Both the position numbers and the translations under genes were made by a program. A DNA stretch of 64,000 bases from positions 43,269 through 107,268 of the forward strand of contig JACRCZ010000144.1 of NCBI GenBank assembly GCA_016218765.1. The letters run 5' to 3'. Each line of letters begins with the position of its first letter. Position 1 is the stretch's first letter. Positions 63,609 to 64,000 of the stretch are shown here, piece after piece. Under the pieces are notes generated by a model. The model had not been told where the DNA came from. It saw only the letters and a program-made list of their open reading frames with translations, and ran no database searches. This DNA comes from Deltaproteobacteria bacterium. Its GTDB lineage: Bacteria > Myxococcota_A > Polyangia > DRWM01 > JAAZOP01.

Positions 63609-64000
63609 ATGAAGTGGACGCTGATGCTGGCAGCCATGGCCGGAATGGCGTGCCCGCCGCCGGCCGCGCCGGGGGGAGGGGAGTCGCCCCTGCCGGCCAT
63701 CACCGGCGACGAGCATGGCTTGCGGCTGATCGACCTCCGCGGAAATGCCGAGCCCCGCGAGCTGCTGCTGGGCGGCGGATGGGCCGCAGCGGCCTGGATC
63801 GGATGCACGGACTGGTTGGCCCTGGACCGCACCCTCGGGACCGAACGCGGACTGTCCGTGCTCGACGTGCAAAGCGGCCAGCTCATCGCCGTGGGGCCAG
63901 GACCGATCGAGTCGCTGATGCGCAAGCCGGAAATCCTCGACGCGCTGGTCGGGGCGTTCGGCGTGGATGCCGCCTACCCCGAGGATCGGCTGCAGTACGG
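63609..64000 (+). CDS. Hypothetical lipoprotein, 3' end outside window
   Basis: ATG 63609 gives MKWTLMLAAMAGMAC (lipobox). The frame stays open to the window edge. It is absent from the ORF track because no stop is reached. Confidence 0.5.
   Translation, partial: MKWTLMLAAMAGMACPPPAAPGGGESPLPAITGDEHGLRLIDLRGNAEPRELLLGGGWAAAAWIGCTDWLALDRTLGTERGLSVLDVQSGQLIAVGPGPIESLMRKPEILDALVGAFGVDAAYPEDRLQY

Overview
This is a gene-dense 64-kb window of roughly 70% G+C. I call about 50 CDS and saw no rRNA, tRNA or CRISPR array by eye. Myxococcus-type cysteine-rich repeats, abundant lipoproteins and long Arg/Pro/Gly-rich shadow ORFs suggest a Myxococcota-like chromosome (inference only).

Layout:
- 1-12.1 kb: surface-glycan locus. 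It holds an SQD1/SqdB-like gene, a GalE-like epimerase, two GT4 transferases, an FnlA/WbvB-like dehydratase, an RmlD-like reductase, a 2-epimerase, a WecA-like initiating transferase and a nucleotide-sugar dehydrogenase.
- 12.2-18.2 kb: nucleotidyltransferase, AAA_14/DUF4143 ATPase and SNF2 helicase. A G-poor, C-rich tract separates the ATPase and the helicase.
- 18.5-26.8 kb: co-directional array of a membrane GcvH-like protein, a 4x[4Fe-4S] NrfC/HybA-like protein, an NrfD-like protein, a GH31 lipoprotein, a heme-motif sensor kinase and a degenerate NtrC-type regulator.
- 26.9-28.7 kb: archaemetzincin and a DegT-type aminotransferase.
- 28.8-36.5 kb: housekeeping minus-strand block rplY-pth-yqgE / rpsF-rpsR-rplI-dnaB-rlmI-like-methyltransferase.
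- 36.6-45.0 kb: an 8.3-kb segment bounded by 79-bp direct repeats. It carries three lipoprotein genes and an AAA ATPase plus S8 subtilase pair with the ietAS defence architecture. This is my best candidate for the interesting system.
- 45.1-54.1 kb: FHA membrane protein, putative beta-barrel protein, ECF sigma, FecR-like anti-sigma and cysteine-rich repeat lipoproteins.
- 54.1-64 kb: DUF58-MoxR, Cys-rich lipoprotein, MBL hydrolase, TSP3/vWA lipoprotein, GH92, cutA and a partial lipoprotein.

Several small repeat families and structured intergenic elements are also described. All functional calls come from motif recognition by eye, and no database search was run.
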